From the human T2T-CHM13v2.0 reference genome, Homo sapiens, in the NCBI RefSeq assembly GCF_009914755.1, contig NC_060941.1: a stretch of DNA of 64,000 nucleotides; one strand, written 5' to 3'. Positions 30,478 through 47,828 of the stretch are shown piece by piece (position 1 is the first letter of the stretch; every line of letters begins with the position of its first letter). Under the pieces are notes generated by a model that saw only the letters and a list, made by a program, of their open reading frames with translations, made no database searches and was not told the origin of the DNA. The position numbers and the translations under genes are program-made.

Positions 30478-30653
30478 TGTGATTTTCAACTCTGGCACAC
30501 AATCACCTATGGACCTTTGTGAAGAAGAAATATGTCAGGTCTCATTTAAGACCTACTGAACAAGAAACTTCCTAAAGTGAGACTTAAGTTTCTATATTTT
30601 TAAAATAAACTCTATAGATTATTCTTGTATAAAACTAGAGTTGAGAATCACTA
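30478..30653. mobile_element. MER5A-like hAT MITE
   Basis: gtgattttcaac...agacctactgaacaagaa...ttgagaatcact. Confidence 0.65.
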
Positions 30654-30719
30654 CTGCATTTGACCCTGACCTCCTAGCACCAGAATAACAACATTACATT
30701 CAAGGGCAAAGGCAATCCA

Positions 30720-30920
30720 GCATAAGTTAAAGAGCACCGGCTGGGAGTGTCAGGCAGACTTAGCTGTCACTACCAGCATGGTCACATACCTTAAGCAAGC
30801 CTGGTTCCTCACCTTTAAACAGGGACTACTAAAAGTATTTGCCTCAAAGACTTGGATTCAACACTAAACTGTATAAAAAGCATTTAGTACAATGGGTGTC
30901 ACATGGTAAGTACTCATAGT
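30720..30920 (+). mobile_element. MIR
   Basis: gttaaagagcac...ttcctcacctttaaa...aagcatttagtaca...catggtaagtactca. Confidence 0.65.
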
Positions 30921-31659
30921 AAGGGGTCCTTCCCCTCACCCCACCCTTTCCAAAGGGTAAATTTTTCCCAAGCTATAATCTTAAAAATCTGAGAAAACCT
31001 ACAACTCCTCCTGTTTTGCTTGCTCTCCCAAACCAAAATAAGAGGAAAATATACCTCAGCAGGACCTGCCTCAGATTATGGAAGCAAGATAACTCAACTA
31101 GTTGGAGCTTTTATTTGGTTAATTTTGCAAATTTGGCCGAGGCTCCTTGTTTCTGCCTACAAATTGTTTCACTGCCACTTTCTGCATTCTTTGAAACATG
31201 CCAGATGTTTCAAAAATACAACTCTGGTAAAAAGAGGGATCAGGAGCCTAGACCAATACAAATCCAGCACAGGAGAGCATGGTGTGTCTGAAGTATCATT
31301 TTAGATTCCTTTAGCCAAGGCATCAACTATGTGCAATTTACAATTAAATCACTGTGCTAAGAGCTATTGATAATATAAAGATGTCTAAGAGAATATTTTT
31401 GGCCTTTCAATAGCCATTTCATGTACTTAAATAATATATTTTAGAAGTTGTCACAAGTTAGCCAAGCCACAAGCCAAATTAGGGATGGTGAAGAAAATGG
31501 AAGATGGTCAGGATGCCCACTTTTTCTTCTTCTTTTTCTCCAGAGCTGAAGTATGAACTTCATTATGTCTGCAGACAACAGTGGCACTGCCTTGACTCTG
31601 TTGAAGAGCTGGTGACATGAGGGAATCCTGCATCTGCCCTGCTCTCTACTTGGCACAGA

Positions 31660-31860
31660 TAATGCGCCAGGCCCTCTAAGCACTTTACATAAGTTATCTC
31701 ATTTAATTCTAACAACTCCATGGGATAGGTACTATTATTATTCCCATTTTATAGATAGGGGAAATGAGGCTTAGAGTGAAGTCACAGTCAGTAAGTGGTG
31801 AAGCTGGGCTCTGACCCAGATTGTCTGAACCTTCAACTTGAGCTCTTTAACTACTACATG
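31660..31860 (-). mobile_element. MIR
   Basis: ttatctcatttaattc...attattcccattttatagataggggaaatgaggcttagag. Confidence 0.8.
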
Positions 31861-32599
31861 ATGCTGAGCCCTCTCTCTGATTCTGAAAGTCTGAGAGAGC
31901 CCTCTAAAAAGCATAGCCTGATAGCCACATCAAAATCACATGGTCAAGAAGTCAGGAAAGTGGTTATTCCTGGTGTATGATGGCTGGGAGGGTGAGTCAG
32001 TAGTGACTGAAAGGAGCAAGGAGGGATTGGCAAAGGGGGAAATAGTACTGAGGAGTTGTAATATTCCATTTCCTGATCTAGGTACAGGTTACTTACTTCA
32101 TGATTGACCTGTGTTTGTGAAAACATCAGTTTGTGAAAATTCATTGTTATACATAAAAGCACAAGATAAGTACACTTTTCTGTATGTATATTTTACTTCA
32201 GTAAAAGTATAAAACACAAAGTATAAAGTGATCTTTAATTATTTTTTCTTTACTCTAGCTCCCTAGCAATGTTGACACAGGAAGAATAAGTCTTTATACC
32301 CTTTATACCTTATGGAAAAGACATGGAAAACTTTACCCTTCACTGACTTAAATTTATACTAGATTTGGATTATCTCATTTCAGTATCTTGCTTTTAACAG
32401 AAGACTAGCCAAGGAATTTCACTGAATAGAAAGAATGTAAGTTAATTGTGTTGTACCTGAGTAATCAAATGCATACAGCCAACTCTTAAAAAATTGTAGT
32501 CTATCTCACATTTTATCCTGCTGCTCAAGGAATAGATGTTACAATGTTACAAATGTTGCAGATTAGATTTCTAATATGGAGGTGCAAAAATTAGCATAG

Positions 32600-32930
<331 letters not shown>

Positions 32931-32935
32931 CAAAC

Positions 32936-33412
<477 letters not shown>

Positions 33413-34149
33413 AGTTAAATAAGGCTAATTTCAAAAATAGCCTTTGTACCCAAGATTACTACAAATCTTATTTCTCCTCAAATGTCACTCAAGAGCGTAA
33501 GATTTTTAAAAGAAAATTATTTCTCATAATAATTATTCTGGGATAAAATCATTGAGCTATGCTTTCTTACATCTTAACCTGGAACAAAATAAGTTTAACA
33601 TCACATTCCTATTAGTGTAAATTTGCATCAGACCCCTTCCAAAGTAAAAAATAAGGATATTGTTCATGGTAAAACTATGTTTGCCACTAGCAACACTTTT
33701 TTTATCTTTTTTCTGACGATGGGCCCTAACAATCTCTCTACAATGCAGCAGAGGTGATGCAGAAACAATTCAAGTAATCCTAAACTCCTGTGGGGCAGCT
33801 GTTTGCTATTGGCCAACTGGCCATTTGAAACTCATAATAAAACTCATCTTCTTAGCACCAAATTTCCCTTTTTCCCCCCTTTTTCTATTTGTGTATGTTG
33901 GCTACTGAAAGGTGTTCTGCAAATGAGTCTGAAAAAATAAACAGAAAATACACATGGTACAGATAGCAGAAACGAAGAGAGTAAATACAAATTATCAGGA
34001 ATGACAGGACGTGCTTGCTGTAGGCTTAAACACCATCCCCACCTTCCAGCTAACCAGTTTGTTGTTGTATCTGGATGTTCATCCACTACTATCTTGTTTT
34101 TGCTTATAATCTCTAGAGATTTACAAAAGTAGATTTAATTACTATAGCA

Positions 34150-34471
<322 letters not shown>

Positions 34472-36501
34472 TTACTATAGCAGTTTCCCCCTCCTAAGTG
34501 TAGTTTTCCTTTCTGAGCTAACCATTGTTTTCATCGTTCCAATACACTACATTCCAAAACTTAAAACATACAAGAACAGGATATCTCAGAAGAACCCTGA
34601 GAATTGAAGTCCTTTCTATCTTCAATCTGTAAGGACTGGCTACTCCACATCAGGCCTTGAATTAGGGTTTACCCTAATGTTGATAACTTTTAAAAATTCT
34701 TAAATCCTTCATCTTGAACTTACTATTAGGCTAAATCTTCTCTCTCTCTCAAGCCATTTTTCCACTCCCCAAATGACTCCATGTTAAAAATCCCATAGAA
34801 GCTGATTATCAACAAGGATATTGTATTCTGAGACACTGTCCTTCCCTAGAAGAGAATGCAGATCTATAGTCTAAAAATGTAAAAATATTCTAAACCAAAT
34901 AATTCTTACATTTTAGACTTTCTTTGCATCTGCCTTTTCCACATTTGATTCTAGGGGGTGGCTTTTTCTTTTCTTTAATAACACAAAAGGCTAACATCTC
35001 TTCCTTTCACTGGGCTATTCAAACATAAAAGCTTTTTTCTGATTGCACAGAATATAATATTATATCCTTCAAGAATATAACAAACCAAGCAAAGGAATGA
35101 AACAGACCATAAAAATAGTATGACTATTCTATATATGACCTTCTGCCTGTTTGGTTGGGTAGGGGTTGGGGTGAGAAGACCAGGGAAATGAGATAAATAA
35201 GTTTTATTTTTAGGAAATAAACTAATATAACAAATATTTTCCTGACCACCAGGCTGGGGAAGAAATAGCCCTACAATGGTAAATGAATCCAGTTGTTCCT
35301 AGGAGACCACCCATAAGCACAATAATTGGAATCCCAGCTCATCCAGAGCTTCTTCCTCCTTTTAGGTAGGATAGCAGTGGGTACAGGAGAGGGAAATGAA
35401 GAGAAGCCTCAGGAGTCTCAGTGCCTGTTGCAGTCACTAGCATCCCAACCTGCTCTAGTCACTGCCTACATTCCTTCTTATCTGAAGCCAAGGTGAAACT
35501 CCTGCAGCTAAAGCCAGTATCTTCTTTCTCTGTGACTTCTTCCAGTCACACTGTTACCTTTCTCTGGGGGCAGACAGATCCTCTCCCCATTATGGAGACC
35601 TCTAACAAACCTGTGCACAGTAGAGGGAGCAAGTAGCTGCTTCTATCTATTATCTGGTTTCCTGGAGACTGAGTGGGATCAGAAAAGGGGCAGGGGCCTC
35701 TCTGCACTCCTGCCTTCTCTTCCAGGAAAGCCCCAAGAGATCTAAGGCAGCCAGCCCTCCAGCCAAATTGGCCTCCAGCCAAATTTATTTCCACTTATCC
35801 AGATTTCTTCTCTTCTTCCCACATACTGCATGTAATGATTTTCTCCTTTCCTTTTCAGGGCTTTCCACGAATAGCCATAAAACTAATTTGTGAAGTGTAG
35901 ATTATACTTTCTCTAAGGGCCCCTACTCCCCTGGGCCCAGTGATTTGCACATGAGTCAATCAATACTTGGTGAATGAATGAATTATGCAGAAGCAAATGA
36001 ATGAATAAAACTAACCAAAGTTCATACTTCTGTTATCCCAAAATTGAAGAGAAAGTTCTTCGACGATTGACTTTATCTTCTACTCTTCTTCTTTACATCA
36101 GTATTTCTACTTCAAATACTTATCAAGATCCCATACCACTTCCTTTGCAGAAAACTAAGTAATGGAGATTTCAATCATTTTGCTCTGCAAATAACTGCCC
36201 CCCACCCCACCCCCAAGGTTAAGGCTTCAAATTACGAAGAAGCTCTTCAATTCCATTTGACATGGGGGTGGGAACAGGGAAGTGAGAAAAGGGGGAAAAA
36301 AAGGTGTGGGAAATACTCCCTGAAAAAACAAAACAGGAGGAGGATCTAACACCTTTAAAAAGCCAGCCAAGTACATGAAACAACTTTTGCCTCTTGAGGA
36401 AAAGACGACAACAAATCTGACTTAAATGAATGAAAGGCTTGGCAATAAAATAAAGCAACCCAGAGTAATCTATAAATACATATACCCAACTAATTGTTTC
36501 T

Positions 36502-36756
36502 CTTTATTTTTTTTGGAGACAGAGTCTGACTCTGCTGTCCAGGCTGGAGTGCAATGGCATATCCTTCCGCCTTAGCCTCCCAAGTAGCTAGGACTACAAG
36601 TATGTGCCACCATGCCCGGCTAATTGTTTTATTTTCTGTAGAGACAGGGTCTCGCTGTATTTCCCAGGCTGCTCTTGAACTCCTGGGCTCAAGTGATCCT
36701 TTTGCCTTGGCCTCCGAAAGTGTTGGGATTACAGGCATGACCCACCGTGCCTGGCC
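36502..36756 (-). mobile_element. Alu (AluJ-like) with internal deletion
   Basis: TSD ccaactaattgtttct. Confidence 0.9.
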
Positions 36757-36830
36757 CCAACTAATTGTTTCTAAGGGAGAAAAACCATTAAAACTAAAGT
36801 TACCTTTTCCCCACGCGTCCAACTTCATGA

Positions 36831-37229
<399 letters not shown>

Positions 37230-38512
37230 TGAACAAAATAAATCTTATAGGATACCATATAAGGAGACTGGTACATATTCCATCAATGAGGTTGCCCACT
37301 GGTGATGAGCTCATGATGGCTATCAGCTGAGATTTCATGTCAGCACTGCTCCTGCTTATCACACAACACTGGACAAAGATTATAACCTTTCACCCTCAGT
37401 TTGTCATCTGCAAAATACTGATAATAAGTGTTCACATGGATTTATCAGTTAACGTTTGCAAGCACTAGGAAAATGAGCACCACTCCAGCTATTAATGAAT
37501 CACAATAACTTAACTCATGCCATTCCAGATTCATCAACACTGAATGAAATGCAGTTGTGTAAATAAATACGTGAATGAGGTCCTGAAATGGTAACTGCAT
37601 TCACTGTGACATGAAGATGAGGAAGCCAGCCTAAGTGCAGGTAGTAATATGGTGATATACTTGAGACACATCTTACTTCAAGAGATAGTTTACATTAGTG
37701 AAACTTCAACAATATGTATGGAGTGCTACTATGAGCAATAAATATCCTGATACAGACAATTCATTTTTTATGGTCAAGGTTTGTAGAACCTAGTTTTGGT
37801 GACAGCTACCTGTTGGAAGAGATCAAGTCAAGTAAAATTATAGAAAACAATCAAATCTGTAAAAAACAATACAGTTTTGAAATGTGTTATGATTCGGTTT
37901 ATATAAACTCTACTTTTTAAAATTTGTGAAGTAGGATTCATTCTATACCAAGACACAGAAAAAAAATGTCCAAGTGGGAAAAAGGTTTGCTATGTTTCTA
38001 AACTTCAGTTTGATACAAGGCCATCTTGAACCTCTCATAAAATAGGGGGGAAAAATTCCAAGAGCGGCCCAGTCTCCTATGGGTATAACAGTCCAAAAAT
38101 ATGCTTGAATAAAGTCTTTCCTCACAGTGCCATCCCTAATCTGCACAAGCTTCACAGTAAAGGGCAGTACACCTTAAAAAAAATCAGGTTGTCACCAAGT
38201 CTTCAACTTAGAGCCAGTGAGAAGCAAATAGATAAAAATGTCAGGCATCTGGGCTGAAAGGTGAAGCAGAGGGCAGAGACCAGGGCCTCTCACAAAGAGC
38301 TGGTCCTCTCTATTTCTAATTTTCATTAATACAACTGGGACGGTGTCTGCATTTTTGTAGCCGACCCCCTCAGGTTTTTTTGAGGGAGGGTGGTGCTCAA
38401 TAGGAGACAGTTATCTAAATGACAGTTGGAGAGCTCATTAGTTTTCCTGACCCACAACTCTTCCCTTCACTTCCCTCCAGAATACTTCCAACACCCCTTT
38501 AAGGTAGAACAA

Positions 38513-39032
38513 TGTGTATGAACTAATAAGGCAAGAGTCCAGCAGGACTTGTTTTCTGGTCACAACACTGCTGAACAAAGTAGGATCTGTTCCAGATGGG
38601 ATAAAGCAAAGAAACTGGCCAAAACCAGCAGACTGTGACAAGGGCAATCCCTGGCTGCCCTCATTGCTCATTAGCATGGACACTCCCACCAGCATCATGA
38701 CAGTTTACAAATGCCATGGCAATGACCCAGAAGTTACTGCCCCTTTCCTAGAAAGTTCTAAATAACCCACCCCTCAATTTGCATTAACCTGCCCCTTAAT
38801 TTACATGTAATTGAAAGTGGGTATAAGCGAGTATATATACAGTTGCCAAGAGCCCACACGTTGCAGACTCTGGGTACACTATCTATGAGTTAGTGCTGTT
38901 CCACAAGGAGCAGTACTGTTCAATAAAAGATTGCTGTCTAACACCACAGGTTTGCCCTTGATTTCTTTCCTGGTGAAACTAAGAACCCTCCTGGGCTAAG
39001 CCCCAGTTTGGGGGATTATCTGTCCTGCATCA
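38513..39032 (+). mobile_element. MER41-family ERV1 LTR (5' end uncertain)
   Basis: cactcccaccagcatcatgacagtttacaaatgccatggcaa signature; AATAAA at 38922-38927; ends gctaagcccca...tgtcctgcatca. Confidence 0.82.
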
Positions 39033-40093
39033 CTACTAGGCCATTCAATACTCAGGGGGAAGTTCACTTATATCTCAGGATATACTGAGAATTTCCACTG
39101 CTCATTGCAACACACAAAAATAAGTCAATTTAAGTTGTTCTCTAACTTCAGCCTGACTCTTGTGGGTAAGTAAGCAGGAGGTCAGATGGGATAAGTAAAA
39201 TTTATAACATCCCATGAAATGTAGTTAGATAAAGTTCTACATTTAAGATGATCAGGTCGGGTTTCCAGTCCAGTGATTATAACACTATTTGGCTTAACAT
39301 TATCAATAGCTAAGACATGTGAGGCCCATGTACGTGAGGAATAAAGGCCCTGTGGCAGCACCAATACCAAGCAGTTGCCACAGGGAAAAGAATAATACTA
39401 TTGACCATTAAAAAAATGTGTGCATGAGGGGAAAAAAATCCCACAAAAAGAGTCACACTCTTTATTGAAGGAGACTCACTCAAGGTTCCAAGATGCCACA
39501 TTTTTTCTACTTTGATAAATAACTTTTGAGTGGTCATTGCCATGGCATTATGCATATAAATGTACCATACTGTTTATATATACACTCATTCTAAGCCACC
39601 TATTTGCCTTCCCAGACATTTGGCTGAATGGGGTCAAATAGATAAAATAATAGGCACTATATCAGTTGCATTTAATAGCCAAATTTACCCAATAAGATTT
39701 TACTTGAATCACCAAAGTCTGTATAAAAACATATACCTACGTACATTGGAATCAGTAAAGATTTCTGATTCTTCACATTCACAGCAAAGTAATGCTGCTG
39801 ATTCACTGTCTTCCAAATGAGAGCTCTGTAATACAAACAAGATCATTTCAGAGATCCAAACGAATGGGCCCATAAGCACGAGGGGAAAAGCAAGCTGAAA
39901 TCACTGAGTCAGTGGTGTTAGCTCACAGGTGAGAAGCTGCAATTCTGATTAGTGATGGCTATTTTGAGAGAACACTGCCAACAAGGTGACTGGTTAGTTG
40001 ATTGAGGAATGCTTGATCAACTGAAGCATTTCCTATGGTTTCCCGATTTGGGGAAAGAGCCAGCACATCTTTTTCTGTAAAGATGGTGCTGCT

Positions 40094-40557
<464 letters not shown>

Positions 40558-40612
40558 TTAGCCTAGCCTCATTAGCTCTCTGCTGCCAAGTGTTCATATG
40601 AGCCAAGAGACA

Positions 40613-41162
<550 letters not shown>

Positions 41163-41599
41163 TCATTAGATTCTATTCAAATGTTTGCTGTTTAGCTAAC
41201 AGCAGCTGGAAACTGAGTTATCCCTACATGGATCATTGATGCATAAGCTTACGTCATTAAAACTTCTCACTACCAGTGGCTGAAACTTATAACTACTTCA
41301 TGGCTATCCTAGTTGATTCCTACTTTAATTTTTCACAGGTAGGGCTGTGTTTCATCTAAAGTATACCCTCAGAGATAAGAGTTTTAGAGTGCAAATAAAC
41401 TTAAAGAAAGTAAAGCTCAGAGTTACTCTTTCTGATAACAGCCTTGCTCCTGGTTTACTTCCTTCTCATTTTTTTTCTACTCTGACCCTTTGTCTACTTT
41501 TAGTTTTCTGTCTTAAAACCAAGTCTCATCTGGCATTGTCCCTCTCTCTTCCTCTTTTAGAAAATAATCAGAAATAACCAAATATTTAAAATCATTGTT

Positions 41600-41903
<304 letters not shown>

Positions 41904-42210
41904 ATTATTGCTAAAAATCCTACAAATGTAAAGTCTTTTTAATTCTTGTTCTCTTATATTTTGGAGGGGGGAGAATAAGAACATTTACTCTCCATCTAGC
42001 TTAAAAAATATATAAAATATTTGAAGACTTCTGGAACTCGTATTAGGAAAGCTAAAGGCTTAATAATAAATATTTGAAAGAATTAAAATGGTAGAGATCA
42101 GAGCTGTTTTCAATCTTCCCAAGCTCTCATACTACAACAGATAATAATATAGATAATACTAAGCACATCAAAAGTGGCTTGTCATTGTCACAGTATAAAA
42201 ACTAGAGAGA

Positions 42211-42518
42211 GGCTGGGCACGGTGGCTCACACCTGTAATCCCAACACTTTGGGAGGCGGGTGGATCACCTGAGGTCAGGAGTTCAAGACCGGCCTGGCCA
42301 ATGTGGTCAAATCCCGTCTCTACTAAAAATACAAAAAATTAGCTGGGCATGGTGGCGGGCACCTGTAATCCCAGCTACCCTGGAGGCTGAGGCAGGAGAA
42401 TCGCTTGAACCCAGGTGGTGGAGGTTACAGTGAGCCAAGATCATGGCCATAGCACTCCAGCCTGGGCAATAAGAGCGAAACGCCATCTCAAAAAAAATTA
42501 ATAATAATAATAATAATG
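42211..42518 (+). mobile_element. Alu (AluSq/Sp-like) with (AAT)n tail
   Basis: TSD ataaaaact(a/g)gagaga. Confidence 0.92.
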
Positions 42519-42532
42519 ATAAAAACTGGAGA

Positions 42533-42780
42533 GAGCTTGAGCCCAGGAGTTGGAAACCTGCCTGGGCAACATAGTAAGACCCCATCTTCATGACAAAAAA
42601 AAAATAATAATAATCAGCCAAGTATGGTGGCACACCTCTGTAGGCCTGGCTAGTTGGGAGGCCGAGGTGGGAGGATAACTTGAGTTTAGGAGTTCGAGGC
42701 TTCAAGTGAGCCATAATTGTGCCACTGCCATCTGGCCTGGGCAACAGAGCTAGATCCTGTGTCCAAAAACAAAACAAAAC
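42533..42780 (+). mobile_element. 5'-truncated AluJ-like
   Basis: gcttgagcccaggag...cctgggcaacagagc. Confidence 0.88.
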
Positions 42781-42861
42781 AGACCTGAAGAGAGAAAAGT
42801 AAAAATTAAACCAAATTACACTAGTTAAGATGTTGCAGCTTTCATTCTTATAAATATTTCA

Positions 42862-43184
<323 letters not shown>

Positions 43185-43450
43185 TGACCTTTCAAGAAAG
43201 AGGTCCTGTAACCACACTTGCATTCCTAAAGTTATTTTAAGACTTTATATATATATTCATCAATTGAAACAATTCATTAAGATACAAGGTATCCATTAAA
43301 GTGGGCTGATGGCATTACAACATAATTGGTTCATGGAACAATTGTTTACTTGCAACCAACATATTTAGTTCTAAATTAAATTCTGAGAAACCTAAAGGAA
43401 GACAAAGGACAAAGGTCAAGTTCATTTCCCTGCCTTCTGAAACCTGGTAA

Positions 43451-43746
<296 letters not shown>

Positions 43747-43914
43747 AGACCTGGTAATTCTAATTCCTGAATTGTTTCCGGGTTCTGCAGAGTGAACAGT
43801 CTTTCTCATGAGTATATGGCTTATTCCAAGATTGCAAGGACGAATTAATATTTAGGACCTCTACTAAACTACACAATTATTTAAATAGATGCTAAAAAGC
43901 GTTTGACAAAATAG

Positions 43915-44280
<366 letters not shown>

Positions 44281-44534
44281 TAGGTGGGCTTAATTATACA
44301 TAGCAACTCTCAGTGGTAGGCCTTTACCTCAACCTTGTTGCCTGAATTTCATATTGTAAATTCCCTCAATGTTTCTTCTAGCATGAAGGTGGTGATCTTC
44401 CCCAGTTTGTAGTGCAGATACCAATTCTCTTTTCTTTATTTTCTTCTTTTGCATGTCCCTTTGGCAGGAATTTTGAGGAGGGCAAAGTCAAACTCATATT
44501 CTTGCATTGGATGTATCAAGCCCAAATCTTAACT

Positions 44535-44710
44535 AAACTGAGTTCATATCCTGGTTCTGCCACCTACTAGCAGTGTGATTTTGAGCACATTCCTTAATTT
44601 CTTTGAGCTCAGTTTCCTCATCCATAAAAATGGACACAACAATAACATCGATCTATTAGGGTTGTTGGAAAGACTGTATGAGAGATAACATAAGAAAAGC
44701 ATTTAGAGAC
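44535..44710 (+). mobile_element. MIR
   Basis: ctgagttcatatcctggttctgccac...ctcagtttcctcatccataaaaatgg core. Confidence 0.8.
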
Positions 44711-44714
44711 TTAG

Positions 44715-44862
44715 AGCCAGGTGTGGTAACATGTGCCTGTAGTTCTAGATACTCAGCCGCTCTAGAGGCTGATGAGGGAGGACTTGAGCCTGGGAGTTCA
44801 AGTCCAGCCTGCACAACATAGCAAGATAGGTGTCTCTACCAAAAAAAAAAGTAATTAAAAAA
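44715..44862 (+). mobile_element. Alu monomer (FLAM/FAM-like)
   Basis: TSD aaaagca(t/c)ttaga. Confidence 0.8.
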
Positions 44863-45561
44863 AGCACTTAGAATAACTTAGCTTCTGATGTTGCCACTAT
44901 TACTGCTGCTTCTAATAATAATAATAAATATTACTGTAATAATATTAATCTCCTTCCTAGATGTAAAAGGCTTATACATTTGGGTTAAAATTTTCTTTCA
45001 AAGAAACTTTTGTCTTCAAGGGAAATTTTGCTTATATCAAGTCTTAAGTGCTTTTCATTCTTAAAGACAAAATCATATTCCCTACATAACCTGGAAGCAA
45101 CTGAGCTCACAATGAGTCATTCATTGCCATTTATTGTACCCCTACTGCGTATTAAGCACTTTTCTGGGTGCTGAATTATTAGTAGCTAAGGTAAAACACC
45201 AAACAAAAAGGGAAAGGTAACTGAACAGGTTACAAAAACAGTTTTTTGCTTTTTATGGGGACGCAAAAACTACAAAGATAAGATATGACTTGGGGAAACA
45301 TGTCCCTTTAGCTAAGTATTGTGTGGAGAAAAACAGGGGTTAAGATTGTTGGTAAGAAAAACATCTGCACCATAACAAGAAGTTTCAATCCAGAACAGCT
45401 TCTAAGGAACAATTATAGTAATAAAATGTTGCAATTTTTATATGGACTGTATGATGCAAGAACTCATGTACTAAGAAGGAGGTTTTCAAGAGTGTAAAAT
45501 CTAACTTGTTCAGTTACCCAACAATTTACAAGCAGAAGTCTTAAGAAATAATCCCACAAGA

Positions 45562-45928
<367 letters not shown>

Positions 45929-46115
45929 CTATTCTTGTTATAGATTATATGGTTTTAAGAGGCAGAGAACATTTACTATTTCTTTCCTCTTTCCTTTTTT
46001 CCTCCATCTTTCATCCTCTCCTCTTTTTTTTTTGTATCTTTTTTTGTGGTTCTAAGTGAATACATTGCAGGTGTACTTAAAAAAGCTAGTGACTGAAAAT
46101 GTACTATTAGACATA

Positions 46116-46417
46116 GGCTGGGCGTGGTGGCCCATGCCTGTAATCCCAACAATTTGGGAGGCTGAGGCAGGCAGATCACTGTAGCCCAGGAGTTTCAGAC
46201 CAGCCTGGGCAACATTGGCAAAACTCTGTTCTCTACTAAAAATACAAAAAATTAGCTGGGCGTGGTAGCATGCACCTGTAGTCCCATCTACTCAGGGGGC
46301 TGAGGTCGGAGGATCGCCTGAGCTCAGGAAGTTGAGGCTGCAGTGAGCCGAGATCACGCCACTGCACTCCCGCCTGCACAATAAAGTGAGATCCTGCCTC
46401 AAAAAATAAAAAGAAAA
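46116..46417 (+). mobile_element. Alu (AluJ-like)
   Basis: TSD tactat(t/c)agacat. Confidence 0.92.
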
Positions 46418-47322
46418 ATATACTATCAGACATCAAACAATAAAATATATTTATACCCCAAAGCCCAGCAACTTTGGGAGTAAGCTTTTAATCCTTTAAA
46501 GGCCAAGACATACCCTGGCACTTAGGTGTAACTGCATTGACAAAGCAATTTCATAGTCTGTGTCTGATCCAACTAAGGAAATTCTCTAAAGTCTTTGCTC
46601 AAATTATACATTTAAAAACAATTATTTCAATTCTTTCCTGTATCTACTGAGAGAATGAAGACCATTCTTGGCAATCAGACTATTGACATTCCAGAAAATG
46701 CAGACATCACTCTGAAAGGATGCACAGTTATTTTGAAGAGCCCCAGAGGAAGTTAGGGAGGGACTTCAATTACATCAATGTAGGATGCATTCTCCTTGGA
46801 AAAGAAGAGGCGCTAGGTTGACAAATGATTGGGAAATAGAAAGGAAGTGGCTACTGCTTGCACTATTTGTAATCATGTACAGAACATTATCAAGGGTGTT
46901 ACACTGGGCTTCCATTACAAGATGAGGTCTGTGCATACTCCTTTCCCCATCAACTTAGTTATCCAGGAGCATGGGTCTCTTGATAAAATCCAAAATTTCT
47001 TGGGTGAAAAATACATCTGGATGGTTTAGATAAGGCCGGGTGTTGCTTATTAAGTTATCTTAAGTCCAGAAAAATGTATTAATCCTTGAAGGAAATGACA
47101 TTGAGTTTGTTTCAAATTCAACTGCTTTGATTTAGCAATCCACAACAGTTAAAAACAAAGATAACAGAAAACTTTCAGATGATCTGTATGTCACTGAAAA
47201 AGGAACAGTTTAGCAGGCTGATGAATAAGATCTAAGAGTTGTCCAGCTACAGCAACAAGATACTGTATGGTTGATAAGACCTGTTTGTGATATTTTAATG
47301 ATGCATTAAAATACCTCTATTA

Positions 47323-47495
47323 CAGCTGGGCTTGGTGATGCATGCCTGTAGTCTCAGCTATGCAAGAGGCTGAGGCGAGAGGACCATTTGAGCCCAGGAG
47401 GTTGAGGCTGCAGTGAGCCGTGATCCCACCACTGCACTCCAGCTTGGGCAACAGAGTGAGACTCTGTCTCAAAAAACAAAAACAAACAAACAAAA
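47323..47495 (+). mobile_element. Alu right monomer (FRAM-like)
   Basis: Monomer with A-rich tail. Confidence 0.88.
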
Positions 47496-47828
47496 TCCCC
47501 AAAAACAATTATTTTAGTATGTAACACATATATGTGGTAAACAACTAAGAAGGTGTCAAAGAGTATTTTTAAGTCTTCCTCCATTCCCGTCCTCCCACCT
47601 ACCACAACCCCATTCCTAGAAGTAATCACTATGCCAGTTCCCAAGGAATCCTTTCAGGATTATTCTGTGTACATACAAGCATTGTGTGTGTAGATGTTCT
47701 TTCTCCAAAATACACAAATGAAAGCACACTGCACCTATTTTTCTGCCCTTGCCTTTTAAACTTAGTATCTTTGTTTCACTATTTTTTAAAAACTACATAA
47801 CATAAAAAATAACATAACATAAAATTTA

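Noticed and set aside
31521-31556. Strong plus-strand acceptor-like tract (also AG|GTAGG sites near 35365 and 41338)
   Set aside because: No convincing paired donor or reading frame; such tracts are common in introns.
44557-44570. CTCF-like motif in a MIR
   Set aside because: Mismatch at a core position and explained by repeat sequence.
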